A DNA stretch of 64,000 nt, taken from the IMG/VR virus record IMGVR_UViG_3300027782_000038. The stretch is one strand, 5' to 3'. Shown piece by piece: positions 1 through 9,107 of the stretch; the stretch's first letter is position 1, and the number at the start of each line of letters is the position of its first letter. Both the position numbers and the translations under genes were made by a program. A model generated the notes under the pieces. It was not told the origin of the DNA. It made no database searches and saw nothing but the letters and a program-made list of their open reading frames with translations. The stretch comes from a virus.

Positions 1-479
1 CCTAAATCACCTCCGCCACCAGAGTCTTGTATAGTTTCTTCTTTTGGTTTTTCTTCTTTTTTAGTATCTAATTTTTTTAGTATTTCTTTATACTTTCTTT
101 TTTCTTCAAGATCAGATTCTTTTTCAAAATTTCTCTCTAAATCATACTTTCTTTTTTTATCTATACCTAAAGTTTTGATAAGACCAAAATATTTGGTTGA
201 GATAGTTGATGCATTATCTCCTGTACGGAAACTTTGTGATGTGCCTGAGGCGACAGTCGTATAGAAGGATGCATCGACTGATCCAACTTTGGTACTTTTT
301 TCTGGTTGTATAGGTTTATTTTTACCAATAAGATTTGGTATTGTTCCAGTTTTCTGGAAGCTATTACCAAGAGCACTTTGAGCCATAGTTTTAGGCTGAA
401 GTTTGGATCCTAAGCTAGTCATTACTGACTGCATAGAATCGGATACTTTTGGTTTTTCATTTTTTTGGGGTAGAATCAT
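1..479 (-). CDS. 5' part of a hypothetical protein running off the window (position fits a tape-measure/baseplate-hub gene)
   Basis: Read by hand: ATG at 479 overlaps the TGA of the upstream ORF (ATGA); MILPQKNEKPKVSDSMQSVMTSLGSKLQPK... stays open to base 1. Function inferred only from synteny. Confidence 0.7.
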   Translation of the reverse strand, partial: MILPQKNEKPKVSDSMQSVMTSLGSKLQPKTMAQSALGNSFQKTGTIPNLIGKNKPIQPEKSTKVGSVDASFYTTVASGTSQSFRTGDNASTISTKYFGLIKTLGIDKKRKYDLERNFEKESDLEEKRKYKEILKKLDTKKEEKPKEETIQDSGGGGDL

Positions 480-661
480 CTTTGTCTTTGCTTAATCTTT
501 TCGTTTTGTTCCTCAACATATTGAATAAGCATAGCAACATAAATGTCACGTTCCCAAGGTATCATATTTTCAAGTTCAAACAAACTATACTTGTGATGTT
601 GTATCATTGAAAAGTTTGTTTTATAGTAATTCTTCAGATTGTCATGACGAAATGTTAGACG
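476..661 (-). CDS. gp51: gp51-like baseplate hub assembly domain (probably the -1 frameshift extension of gp26; internal ATG at 607)
   Basis: Not in the ORF track. Reads RLTFRHDNLKNYYKTNFSMIQHHKYSLFELENMIPWERDIYVAMLIQYVEEQNEKIKQRQR*. HHKYSL..LENMIPWER is characteristic of small gp51 proteins of cyanophage-type T4-likes. Confidence 0.85.
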   Translation of the reverse strand, partial: RLTFRHDNLKNYYKTNFSMIQHHKYSLFELENMIPWERDIYVAMLIQYVEEQNEKIKQRQR

Positions 662-1380
662 AAAAAACTTTCTAGCCCCTCCGCTGTAATTTTATGATCG
701 AATCCACATTTACGACATTTGAATTCTACTTTCTTATTTAACTTAGGTAAATTCTCAAAGAATTCTTCTATCTTTTTAAATTGTTGTTGATTCAAAGACT
801 CAAGAAAATCTACGATTTCACCTGGTTCGGTCTCATTGGCATAAAAGTATTGTTCTCCATCAAAGATACTTTCGACACTTTCAACAATCATATTGAATGC
901 CATATCTGTGGTGTTGTCAAATTTAGTTGAAGAACCTATCACAGAAAATTCTGGATACTTTAATTTTATACTAATTCTGTCAGTTAACTGAATAGAATCA
1001 CTAATTGATTCATCTCTATCAACCTTAATATCTAAAAGGTTAATTTCAACATCCATCATGTTGTTACAGGTTCTATCTTCAACAACATTCTCACAACGAT
1101 ACCTATTCTCTACAATTTCACCAACAGACCTTGCTCGAAGATTAATGAAATAGTATTCAACATCAATAATTGGTAATGAATCTATATCAATATTTTCTGT
1201 CAAGGTACAATTATGTAAAACTTGTTTTATATTTTTCTCAATGGTATCTTTATCATCTGATTCCATTGCCATCAATAAATTCTTTTGTTCTTTGACTAAG
1301 AAAGGTCTAAATCGAATAGTTTTCTTTGATAGTGGTAATTCAAGTTCATAAATTGGTGTATCAATTTTTGGCAAAGCCAT
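655..1380 (-). CDS. gp26: baseplate hub assembly chaperone gp26
   Basis: MALPKIDTPIYELELP..RFRPFLVKEQK, FINLRARSVGE, C-terminal CRKCG and EGLESFF; SD AGGAG upstream. Confidence 0.9.
   Translation of the reverse strand: MALPKIDTPIYELELPLSKKTIRFRPFLVKEQKNLLMAMESDDKDTIEKNIKQVLHNCTLTENIDIDSLPIIDVEYYFINLRARSVGEIVENRYRCENVVEDRTCNNMMDVEINLLDIKVDRDESISDSIQLTDRISIKLKYPEFSVIGSSTKFDNTTDMAFNMIVESVESIFDGEQYFYANETEPGEIVDFLESLNQQQFKKIEEFFENLPKLNKKVEFKCRKCGFDHKITAEGLESFFV
661..682 (-). promoter_or_regulatory. putative -1 ribosomal frameshift signal (GGAGG, 10 nt spacer, T_TTT_TTC)
   Basis: Minus strand reads GCG GAG GGG CTA GAA AGT TTT TTC GTC TAA. Heptamer at 667-661, SD-like GGAGG at 682-678; the -1 frame is the gp51-like ORF. 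Confidence 0.7.
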
Positions 1381-1411
1381 TATGTATTCTCCTAATATAA
1401 TTCAAATTTAC

Positions 1412-1954
1412 TTATGGTAGAACAGGAAAAGCACCTAGTGGAAGGTTTGGTGTTTTTGTCCAATAAGTATATGCAAAAACTACTGTTAACTTGTGGTGAC
1501 CATCCGATGACCAGTCTAAATCTAATTGATTAACTGATATTGGATAACAGTCTATCAAATCTACAGAATATGTTGGATTATTTTGTAAATCATATTGTAC
1601 TATTGTTATTTCAGAAATATAATCTTTTTTATATTTTGGATTAAAATTACTTGATGGAACAACTAATTCCATCCATGAATCGAAAAAATTCTTCTCAGCC
1701 ATATCTCCAGAAACGATGAAGGTTAATGATAAATCATTATATATTGTGTGGTAAGGATATTTTTCAAGTGGATTTGAACCAAATTTTTGTTCTATGGTTG
1801 AAAATGTTCTACCTGGCAATTCAGCCGTTTCGCATCGCAATTTTGAATTTGTTAGTTGCAATCTACCTACTGGAGGTATGAAAACTTCAAACCTATTAGG
1901 TCTGGCCAAATCTTTTGTGAAACTACTCATAAAATCTGAAATATTTGCTGGCAT
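1412..1954 (-). CDS. gp54: tail tube initiator / gp19-fold tube protein (gp54-like)
   Basis: LARPNRFEV, CETAELPG, DCYPISV..LDLDW..LTVVFAY; paralogous to the gp19 at 48889. Confidence 0.7.
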   Translation of the reverse strand: MPANISDFMSSFTKDLARPNRFEVFIPPVGRLQLTNSKLRCETAELPGRTFSTIEQKFGSNPLEKYPYHTIYNDLSLTFIVSGDMAEKNFFDSWMELVVPSSNFNPKYKKDYISEITIVQYDLQNNPTYSVDLIDCYPISVNQLDLDWSSDGHHKLTVVFAYTYWTKTPNLPLGAFPVLP

Positions 1955-1957
1955 TTT

Positions 1958-2554
1958 TTAAACCTTGTTCATTTCTTGTACTGATTCGGCAAAAACGGTT
2001 CTCTTGTTTGCCTTTTGGAATTGTTCCACTGGTAAAAATAGTGCTGTTTCCCACTCATGCGGTTCAACCTTCAGCAACCTAGAAGTCGTATGATTGTATA
2101 GATAACGTTTTAAACACGGTCCAAACGCTTTTAAACGTCTAGATGCATTGAGTATGTTATAAGTTACTCTCATTCGTTTAATCTCGTCCTCGTCATTATA
2201 GGAAGCATAGTCTAAAAGTTGATCCAGAAACGCAGCTCTGACTGGAATTGGTAAATAATGTAAGTTTAGACCCATAAAACCATCCGGGTACTTCTCCAAT
2301 ACCAATACCAGAGGAAACATATCATAGTATGGTAATGTATTTGCATATTTCGGATCATAACAAAAGAAATACAAACCACCGGTGACAAATCGACCACCAC
2401 TTCTCTGTTTCTCTTTGACTATATCAGCGACAACCCTTCTTGGGTTTCTGATAGCTTTAACTTGATCTTTTAGCCAGTCGGTACTCTTTCTCGACAACAA
2501 TTGATAGTCGAGAGCTTTATGTTGCTGAGCGAGGGTTGTGAGTTTGGAAGCCAT
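1958..2554 (-). CDS. gp2: DNA end protector protein gp2
   Basis: YDPKY..LPYYD.FPLV, GLNLHYL, PCLKRYL, WETALFLPVEQF. Confidence 0.92.
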   Translation of the reverse strand: MASKLTTLAQQHKALDYQLLSRKSTDWLKDQVKAIRNPRRVVADIVKEKQRSGGRFVTGGLYFFCYDPKYANTLPYYDMFPLVLVLEKYPDGFMGLNLHYLPIPVRAAFLDQLLDYASYNDEDEIKRMRVTYNILNASRRLKAFGPCLKRYLYNHTTSRLLKVEPHEWETALFLPVEQFQKANKRTVFAESVQEMNKV

Positions 2555-2559
2555 ATAGG

Positions 2560-2567
2560 TATTTAGT
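2560..2567 (-). promoter_or_regulatory. late promoter variant ACTAAATA for gp2
   Basis: Lies 5 nt before the gp2 ATG; resembles the T4 late box TATAAATA. Confidence 0.5.
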
Positions 2568-3001
2568 TATAGTCCTAGATCATCTTCAGTAATAATTTTA
2601 AAGTCCCATTTGCGATCTAAACAATATTCTTGGGCTGCTTTCCATTTGGCTTGATTTACACCATAGGTTGCAACCTCATTAATGAATTGTTTAGTCACTC
2701 GTTTCTTTGGAATTGGCGGTAAAGTTTGTCTTTTTGGTTTTACTTCTATGAGTATAGTGTTTATTTTATCATCTTTTGTTCTAACCTTCACAAGGAAATC
2801 TGGAAAGTATCTGTGAAAACGACCATCGACAGGTGACTTGTAAGGAATAATCACTTCCTCGGATGACCAAGAGATAACGTCACGATTATTATCTAACCAT
2901 GACATAACTTTACACTCCCAAGATGAGCGATAGATAATATTGGTTGGATCACCCATATACTTCTGGGGATTTCTTGGTTTGAATTGTCCTGAATAAGCCA
3001 T
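2567..3001 (-). CDS. gp4: head completion nuclease gp4 (TnsA-like PD-(D/E)xK)
   Basis: MAYSG.FKP.NP.KY.GD, YRSSWE, RYFPDF, IEVKP, NQAKWKAA. Confidence 0.93.
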   Translation of the reverse strand: MAYSGQFKPRNPQKYMGDPTNIIYRSSWECKVMSWLDNNRDVISWSSEEVIIPYKSPVDGRFHRYFPDFLVKVRTKDDKINTILIEVKPKRQTLPPIPKKRVTKQFINEVATYGVNQAKWKAAQEYCLDRKWDFKIITEDDLGL

Positions 3002-3017
3002 ATAAATACTATGTATA
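3001..3017. promoter_or_regulatory. bidirectional late promoter: TATAAATA (+, 3001-3008) and TATACATA (-, 3010-3017)
   Basis: Near-palindrome TATAAATA-C-TATGTATA between divergent gp4 and gp48. Confidence 0.7.
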
Positions 3018-3041
3018 ACAAATTAATTAAGAAGGTTATAA

Positions 3042-4190
3042 ATGGCCGCCGTAGAAATAACAGAACAGATTGCTTTTGGCACAAATACTGGTGTTACTGG
3101 TCCATTAAGATCATTGATTAGCACAGCTGCAAACCAAGGGTTATCAGTGCAGAGATATCCAGCCGACTTGGGTGGAAACCTTGATAAAAATAAAAAGAAT
3201 CATTGGGTAACCTTTAACATCTATGATATACAAACAGCAAAATATAACACAGATTCAACAATATCAATTAGTGAAAAAACAACTACTGCCGGTGCTGTTG
3301 TGGGTGTGGCGGCTGGTGCATATGCAATAAAAGAAGCTCGCACAATTCCCGGTGCAGCTGTTGGTGCAGTAGGTGCCGCAGGAGGCGTTGCTGTTGCAAC
3401 AACCATATTAGCATCAGATTCTTTAAAATTCAGTCCAACATTAACACAAATAAAATCTTGTATTTCTTTGTATATGCCAGACACACTAAACGCAACTTAT
3501 AATGCAAGTTATGATGAAATGAGTTTAACTAAAGATTTGGGACAAACTGTACAAACATTGAGAGCTATTGAATCAGCCGTGCAAAAAGGTACTTTTGATT
3601 GGGAGAATCTAAAAGAAGGAAATAACCTAGGTAGTGATCCTGGAGTAATTCAAGCTGCGACTAACTTATTCAATAATTTAGGTGGTGGTATTAATTTTCA
3701 AAATATCGGTTCACTATTATTAAAGGCAAACGGATACGCACTTAATCCACAAGTGCAGATGGTTTATCGTGGTACAGGACTTCGATCATTTCAATTGACG
3801 TTTACTTTCACACCAAAATCACAAGAAGAAGCACAAACAGTTAATAACATTGTAAATCAATTTAGATTCTATTCTTCGCCGAGCTTGGCTAGTCCTGGAA
3901 ATCCAACAAATAGTATGTTTTTGACACCTCCATCAGTATTTGGTATTCAGTTTTATGTCAACGGTCAAGAGAGCACAGTTTTACCAAAATATGGTAAATG
4001 TGTTCTCACCTCAATTGATGTTAATGATAGTCCAAACGGTTTTGCGGCATATGATGATGGTTCAATGGTTCAAAGACAGGTGAACCTTTCATTTAAAGAA
4101 TTGGATATGCTTACACGAGATCATTTTAAAGGATTTGGCACTACAATCAATTCAGGTGGTGGTTATTCTGAAGTAGATATAAGAAGATAA
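3042..4190 (+). CDS. gp48: baseplate tail tube cap gp48
   Basis: ISLYMPD, NPQVQMVYRG..LRSFQLTFTFTPKSQEEA, CVLTSIDVN, LSFKEL; precedes gp53. Confidence 0.88.
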   Translation: MAAVEITEQIAFGTNTGVTGPLRSLISTAANQGLSVQRYPADLGGNLDKNKKNHWVTFNIYDIQTAKYNTDSTISISEKTTTAGAVVGVAAGAYAIKEARTIPGAAVGAVGAAGGVAVATTILASDSLKFSPTLTQIKSCISLYMPDTLNATYNASYDEMSLTKDLGQTVQTLRAIESAVQKGTFDWENLKEGNNLGSDPGVIQAATNLFNNLGGGINFQNIGSLLLKANGYALNPQVQMVYRGTGLRSFQLTFTFTPKSQEEAQTVNNIVNQFRFYSSPSLASPGNPTNSMFLTPPSVFGIQFYVNGQESTVLPKYGKCVLTSIDVNDSPNGFAAYDDGSMVQRQVNLSFKELDMLTRDHFKGFGTTINSGGGYSEVDIRR

Positions 4191-4191
4191 A

Positions 4192-4818
4192 ATGAAATAT
4201 TTCGAAACTTTACCTAAAGTCATCACGACAGATTATAGAAACAATGCCATATTGTTAACAAACATAATGGCTAGGGCTGAAATCATACCTGCTCTGTTAA
4301 ATAATCCTTTGATTTTTTATAGTTATGATATTCAAGATGGTGATTCTCCCGAGGTTATCGCACACAAATATTATGGAGATTCATATCGTTATTGGTTGGT
4401 TCTTTTTGCAAATCAAATTTTAGATCCGCAATTTGAGTGGCCATTAACGAGTCAACAATTTGAACTTTACTTGAACGATAAGTATTCAGCTGCGGCCAAT
4501 TCTTCAACTGTATTGTCTTATACACAAGGTACAGTACAAGAATATAGAAAAACAATTGCGACATATGATCCTGCTTCTCTAGAAACAACAACAAGAACTA
4601 TCGTAATTGATGTATTTACTTATAATACAACGCAAACTGGTACTGTAACTCAATCATTTTCAGATGGTAATTATGTGACACAAACAACAACAAAAACACC
4701 TGTTAGTATCTACGATTATGAGATTGAAAAAAACGAAGCAAAACGTAATATTAAACTCATAAACAGTGAGTACGCATCGGATTTTGAAAAGCAGTTAACT
4801 TCTTTGATGGGAAGTTAA
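4192..4818 (+). CDS. gp53: baseplate wedge protein gp53 (LysM-like)
   Basis: MKYFE.LP, YDIQDGDSPEVIAHKYYGD..YWLVL.AN..DP..EWP, YDYE..NEAKR.IKL. Confidence 0.9.
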   Translation: MKYFETLPKVITTDYRNNAILLTNIMARAEIIPALLNNPLIFYSYDIQDGDSPEVIAHKYYGDSYRYWLVLFANQILDPQFEWPLTSQQFELYLNDKYSAAANSSTVLSYTQGTVQEYRKTIATYDPASLETTTRTIVIDVFTYNTTQTGTVTQSFSDGNYVTQTTTKTPVSIYDYEIEKNEAKRNIKLINSEYASDFEKQLTSLMGS

Positions 4819-4819
4819 A

Positions 4820-6160
4820 TTGGCTACTGGTATTTTAAATTCCAAAGACTATGCAATAAGTAATTTATTATTACTTACGGCTGACTCAAGCTTCGATCTC
4901 AAGAATATGATGATTGAGATTGGGTATACCGAAGATTTATTCAATAATGTTAGTTATGGTTATGTCGTTATCACAGAAGCAATGGGTTATATTGAAACAC
5001 TTGCTATGATGGGAAATGAATTCCTTAGATTGACATTCAGTAAAACTGGTGAATCTTTTAATCAAATAGATAAAGTTTTTCGGGTATTTAAATTATCCGA
5101 TAGAAAACTTGAAGGTACAACTTACAAAGAATCTTATACGTTGCATTTCTGTTCAGAAGAATTATTGTTATCTTCACAATATAAGATTTCTAAAGTGTAC
5201 AAGTCAGAAACAGTTTCAAACATGGTTACTGACATACTTAAAAACTATTTGCAAGTATCACCAAATAGAATCAATACTATTGAACCATCATATGGCAATT
5301 ACAGTTTTACGTTGCCTACGATTAGTCCATTTGATGCAATCAATTGGATATCAATATACGCAAGACCAAATCCATCAAATCCTGGTGCAGATATGGTTTT
5401 CTATGAAAATAAAGACGGGTATAATTTTAGATCATTGCAAACAATGATGTTGCAATCACCTTTTAGAACGTACACATACAAACCAAAAAACGTTAACTTT
5501 TCAGATATAAATTATTCAGTATTCAACGTTATCACATATGAAATTTTAAATTCATTCGATTCGTTAGATGCAATTCATTCTGGAATATTTGCAAATCAAT
5601 TGATATCGGTTAATCCAACTACTAGGGAAAGAAAAGTAACCAATTTTGATTATAATGATTATCAAAACAAATCAAAGAAATTAAACAACTATCCAATCAC
5701 CAACAATTTTACAAATAGGTTTGGTGACGGGTTGAATCAGACACCACAAGCTGTAACTAAATTGGTATTTTCTAATTTTGATTCAAAATTTAATAGTTAT
5801 ATCTCTAGTGCTCCAGCTTCAGCCAGCGCACCTGATATTTTTGCAGAAACTTACATACCATATAGAACTGCACAGTTAGCTCTTGCAAATTACACAAGAT
5901 TGAAAATATCTGTTCCTGGTGATCCTACTTTGACTGTTGGTGGTATTATAACCTTTGATCTAACAACAAAACAACCAGATAGTTCTAATCCGGATAGATA
6001 TTATTCCGGAAATTACTTGATAACTGCTGTTAAACATCAAATTGGTTTGACGGAATATATAACTATTCTAGAAATAACAAAAGAAAGTGTGCCAACACAG
6101 TACCCACAAACGGATAATTCTTCATCTCTGTGGAAAAATACCTCTAAGGGAAATATATAA
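4820..6160 (+). CDS. baseplate hub protein (gp27/VgrG-N-like)
   Basis: TTG start; lies between gp53 and gp5; FYENKDGYNFRSL, ISVPGD..LTVG, YSGNYLITAVKH. Confidence 0.65.
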   Translation: MATGILNSKDYAISNLLLLTADSSFDLKNMMIEIGYTEDLFNNVSYGYVVITEAMGYIETLAMMGNEFLRLTFSKTGESFNQIDKVFRVFKLSDRKLEGTTYKESYTLHFCSEELLLSSQYKISKVYKSETVSNMVTDILKNYLQVSPNRINTIEPSYGNYSFTLPTISPFDAINWISIYARPNPSNPGADMVFYENKDGYNFRSLQTMMLQSPFRTYTYKPKNVNFSDINYSVFNVITYEILNSFDSLDAIHSGIFANQLISVNPTTRERKVTNFDYNDYQNKSKKLNNYPITNNFTNRFGDGLNQTPQAVTKLVFSNFDSKFNSYISSAPASASAPDIFAETYIPYRTAQLALANYTRLKISVPGDPTLTVGGIITFDLTTKQPDSSNPDRYYSGNYLITAVKHQIGLTEYITILEITKESVPTQYPQTDNSSSLWKNTSKGNI

Positions 6161-6522
6161 TGTCAAAAGTTACTAATAACTTTGCAGGTCTAAATGGATT
6201 TGTATGGTGGGTTGGTGAAATTGTAGATCGTGCGGATGAATTAGGTATGTCTAGATATCGTGTCCGTATCTTTGGATGGTACGGAGATGAAATAGAAGAT
6301 TCAGATTTACCATGGGCATCCGCTATGTTGCCAACAAATTCATCCGATTCTTTTTCACCAATGAAAAAACATGATTGGGTTGTTGGTTTCTTTATGGATG
6401 GTGAATCTGGCCAATATCCTATAATAATGGGTGTTCTTCCTGGTGTTAGTCAAGTTGATAGTGGTGTCGGTGATAATACAGCACCAGTGACGGTTGGTCC
6501 AAATCAGTATGTACCGGAATAA
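6160..6522 (+). CDS. gp5: gp5 N-terminal OB-fold domain as a stand-alone ORF
   Basis: FVWWVGEIVDRAD..RYRVRIFGW, DLPWA, WVVGFFMDGESGQYPIIMGVLPG; stops (TAA) after 120 aa. Confidence 0.85.
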   Translation: MSKVTNNFAGLNGFVWWVGEIVDRADELGMSRYRVRIFGWYGDEIEDSDLPWASAMLPTNSSDSFSPMKKHDWVVGFFMDGESGQYPIIMGVLPGVSQVDSGVGDNTAPVTVGPNQYVPE

Positions 6523-6535
6523 CTAAGGATATAAA

Positions 6536-7396
6536 ATGGCTACTATTGTTAATTTAGCATTAACGCAAAAAAATCCAAGTAATTATAATAGCATAAGTGA
6601 AAATGTTCCTCCTGAAGTAAGAAATATAGGAGATGCTATTCTTAAAGGAAATGCTACAATCTCCAATTTAGCTAGAGGACTGATTGCTAACACAGGTATT
6701 GCTTTTTCAAATTCAAATGTATTTCACATTTGCGAACCTTTTGGTGCTCCTGCAACTAAGAATGTAACTAGATATAGTTTAAATTCAAAAGGTCAAGTCG
6801 TAAAAATATCACAAACATCTTTAGGTACACCAGTACTGAAGATGGATATTTTATTAAAGAGTGCAGCAATGCAAGCAGTTATTGCAACAATCAGAAGTGC
6901 CATTGAAAACGCACTGGGTTTGGCCAGTCCTTTGGTACAATTAATTAAAGATGTTGCATCTTATATTGCTGGTATATTAGAAGTCGTTAATTATGTTCTC
7001 AGTATATACAATGATATTGTTGTGACGATCATACAAGTGCAACAATATATAAACTTAATTCTTAAATTCATTGCATCATTACCATTACTAATAGCAAATG
7101 CTTTAAGTGAATGTGTGAGATTATTGGCAGCAGGATTAGCCAGTGCTTTATCTGGTTCACTCAATATTAGTACTGGTGGATTATTGACACAGTATCAACA
7201 ATTACAATCTAATTTGGCAGCAGCTCAAACATATACACAACAGGTTGCTGACGGAGCTAAAGATATTGTTACAAATGTTAACAATTTGGGTGGTAATCTA
7301 AGTAATAATATAACCTCGGCTGTTTCAACAGTTCAAGGTTCATTAATAAACGCAAAAACTTCTTTCACACCAACTGTTTTAGTTAAGGTAGTTTAA
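6536..7396 (+). CDS. hypothetical helical/hydrophobic protein in the position of the gp5 middle domain
   Basis: Own SD (TAAGGA); long amphipathic/hydrophobic helices; no lysozyme motif seen. Confidence 0.75.
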   Translation: MATIVNLALTQKNPSNYNSISENVPPEVRNIGDAILKGNATISNLARGLIANTGIAFSNSNVFHICEPFGAPATKNVTRYSLNSKGQVVKISQTSLGTPVLKMDILLKSAAMQAVIATIRSAIENALGLASPLVQLIKDVASYIAGILEVVNYVLSIYNDIVVTIIQVQQYINLILKFIASLPLLIANALSECVRLLAAGLASALSGSLNISTGGLLTQYQQLQSNLAAAQTYTQQVADGAKDIVTNVNNLGGNLSNNITSAVSTVQGSLINAKTSFTPTVLVKVV

Positions 7397-7397
7397 T

Positions 7398-8225
7398 ATG
7401 ATTCAAGCACCAGCTGGAAGTATATGGTACACAGAACCAATCGAAATTGGAACGTATCCTTTTATTAATGTGAAACAGACTGAATCTGGGCATTTCCTTT
7501 TAATGGATGACACACCCACAAAAGAAAGAATTCTATTTCAACATGGTAAAACAGGCACGATGATTCATATGAAACCAAATGGTGACTATGAACAGAGAGT
7601 GTATGGTAATAACTTCTCTATTGTTGTTAATGATGAGAATGTAGTCATTCAAGGCGTTTGTAATATTGAAATACATAACGATTCAAAGCTTCATGTATAT
7701 GGAGATTCTAACATACAAGTTGATGGATCACTATATGCTAAAACGGGTCAAGATGCGAAAATTCATGTTACAGGTAATCTAGATGTTGCTTCAGAAGGAA
7801 CAGTTGCAATCTCCGCCGGCGGTCAATTACCCGGACAATCAAAGAGTATTCTATTAAATACTGGTGCCAACGTGATTATTACTGGTGGATTGATAGTTTC
7901 TGGTGGAATAACTGCTGGTTCTGTAACGTCAAAAACAAGCGTTCAAGCACTTACTAAAGTATTTGCAACAGGTGGTTTAGAAACTTTAGGTGGTGCTAAT
8001 ATTGGATTTGCTACACCAGGTCCTCTTATTCCTACAGGTATAACAACATCTACTACGAGTCAAACAGCGCCATTACAAAAAGCAGGCGTTACTCTTGCTG
8101 GAATAACTTCTGATATATTTGGTCCTTTAGCAATTTGGCGACTTTTTAGTGGAACGCATAATCATGTTGCACCTTCAGGTGGTGGACCAACTTCTCCTCC
8201 ACCAAACGGTTCAAGTGTTGTATAA
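7398..8225 (+). CDS. gp5: gp5 C-terminal beta-helix central spike
   Basis: YPF..V.QTESGH...DDTP.KERI...H.KTGT, V.G-type beta-helix repeats, terminal H-x-H (THNHVAPSGGGPTSPP). Confidence 0.8.
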   Translation: MIQAPAGSIWYTEPIEIGTYPFINVKQTESGHFLLMDDTPTKERILFQHGKTGTMIHMKPNGDYEQRVYGNNFSIVVNDENVVIQGVCNIEIHNDSKLHVYGDSNIQVDGSLYAKTGQDAKIHVTGNLDVASEGTVAISAGGQLPGQSKSILLNTGANVIITGGLIVSGGITAGSVTSKTSVQALTKVFATGGLETLGGANIGFATPGPLIPTGITTSTTSQTAPLQKAGVTLAGITSDIFGPLAIWRLFSGTHNHVAPSGGGPTSPPPNGSSVV

Positions 8226-8243
8226 TTTATAATTGGAGATATT

Positions 8244-9107
8244 ATGGGTGTTTTTAATAATTTTAATTACAGTTTTGATAATAGTAGATTTGGTTCTTTA
8301 ATCAATTTAAATTCAGATCAATCAAACACTATAAATTTAGTGTCAAATACAACTAATTTTGCACCATGGCAAATTAGTGATCTTGCTAACGGTTCAATAG
8401 TTAAAACAGATTATTTTCAGAATCCAACATTTGGTTTCTGTACTTCAATGGCAAATAATTTGATTTTAATTAATGCTGCTGCGGTTGCTATTGCAAATGT
8501 TAATTCTGCAAATACAGGTGCAGGACCTTTAAATGGCGACTTAGCAAATGCCGCCAATGCTTTAGCACTTTCTGCGAACAATTGTTTACTTGAAGTTTCT
8601 GCTTTTGGTTCACATACAAATAATGTTTCAGGTGTATCCGCAAATATTGGAACATATACAATACCAACTTATGATATGATTATTGGTTCAGGCACTCAAT
8701 TAACAATGTTGTTAAATAAGACAGATGGTATTTCTAATGCTGTTTCCACATTAGGTTGTATGACAAGTTTGTTTATTAATGATATATTAACTGCAAACAC
8801 ATTAACCATAGCAAACGATGCAAACGTAATTGTTATCGCAAATACAGCAGGAAACGTAACATCTAGTATGTGTTTTAACGTTGCAAATGACTTAACTAAC
8901 GTGCAATCAAGTTTATACAATAGTAGATCACAAGATTGGTTCTTTTATAGCACATCTATGACAACCTTGCAAAATTATATGTTTTTAAGTGGTTTTAGTG
9001 CTATGGGTAATACTAAAACTGGATTAATCAACAATGTAATTGGTTCACCTAGTTTGATAGCTAAAATTTCAGCAAATACCGCCAATAGTGCGGCAAACAC
9101 ATCATAA
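8244..9107 (+). CDS. hypothetical Asn/Ala-rich virion protein
   Basis: 287-aa ORF, SD GGAGA, between the spike gene and gp25. Confidence 0.75.
   Translation: MGVFNNFNYSFDNSRFGSLINLNSDQSNTINLVSNTTNFAPWQISDLANGSIVKTDYFQNPTFGFCTSMANNLILINAAAVAIANVNSANTGAGPLNGDLANAANALALSANNCLLEVSAFGSHTNNVSGVSANIGTYTIPTYDMIIGSGTQLTMLLNKTDGISNAVSTLGCMTSLFINDILTANTLTIANDANVIVIANTAGNVTSSMCFNVANDLTNVQSSLYNSRSQDWFFYSTSMTTLQNYMFLSGFSAMGNTKTGLINNVIGSPSLIAKISANTANSAANTS

Noticed and set aside
167-376. 69-aa minus-strand ORF in the track
   Set aside because: It is an alternative frame inside the longer ORF from 479, which is coupled to the upstream stop.
6160-8225. Stop-codon reassignment or frameshift explaining the gp5 split
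   Set aside because: Both internal stops are TAA, the three ORFs are in different frames, the middle one has its own SD, and no slippery site is evident.
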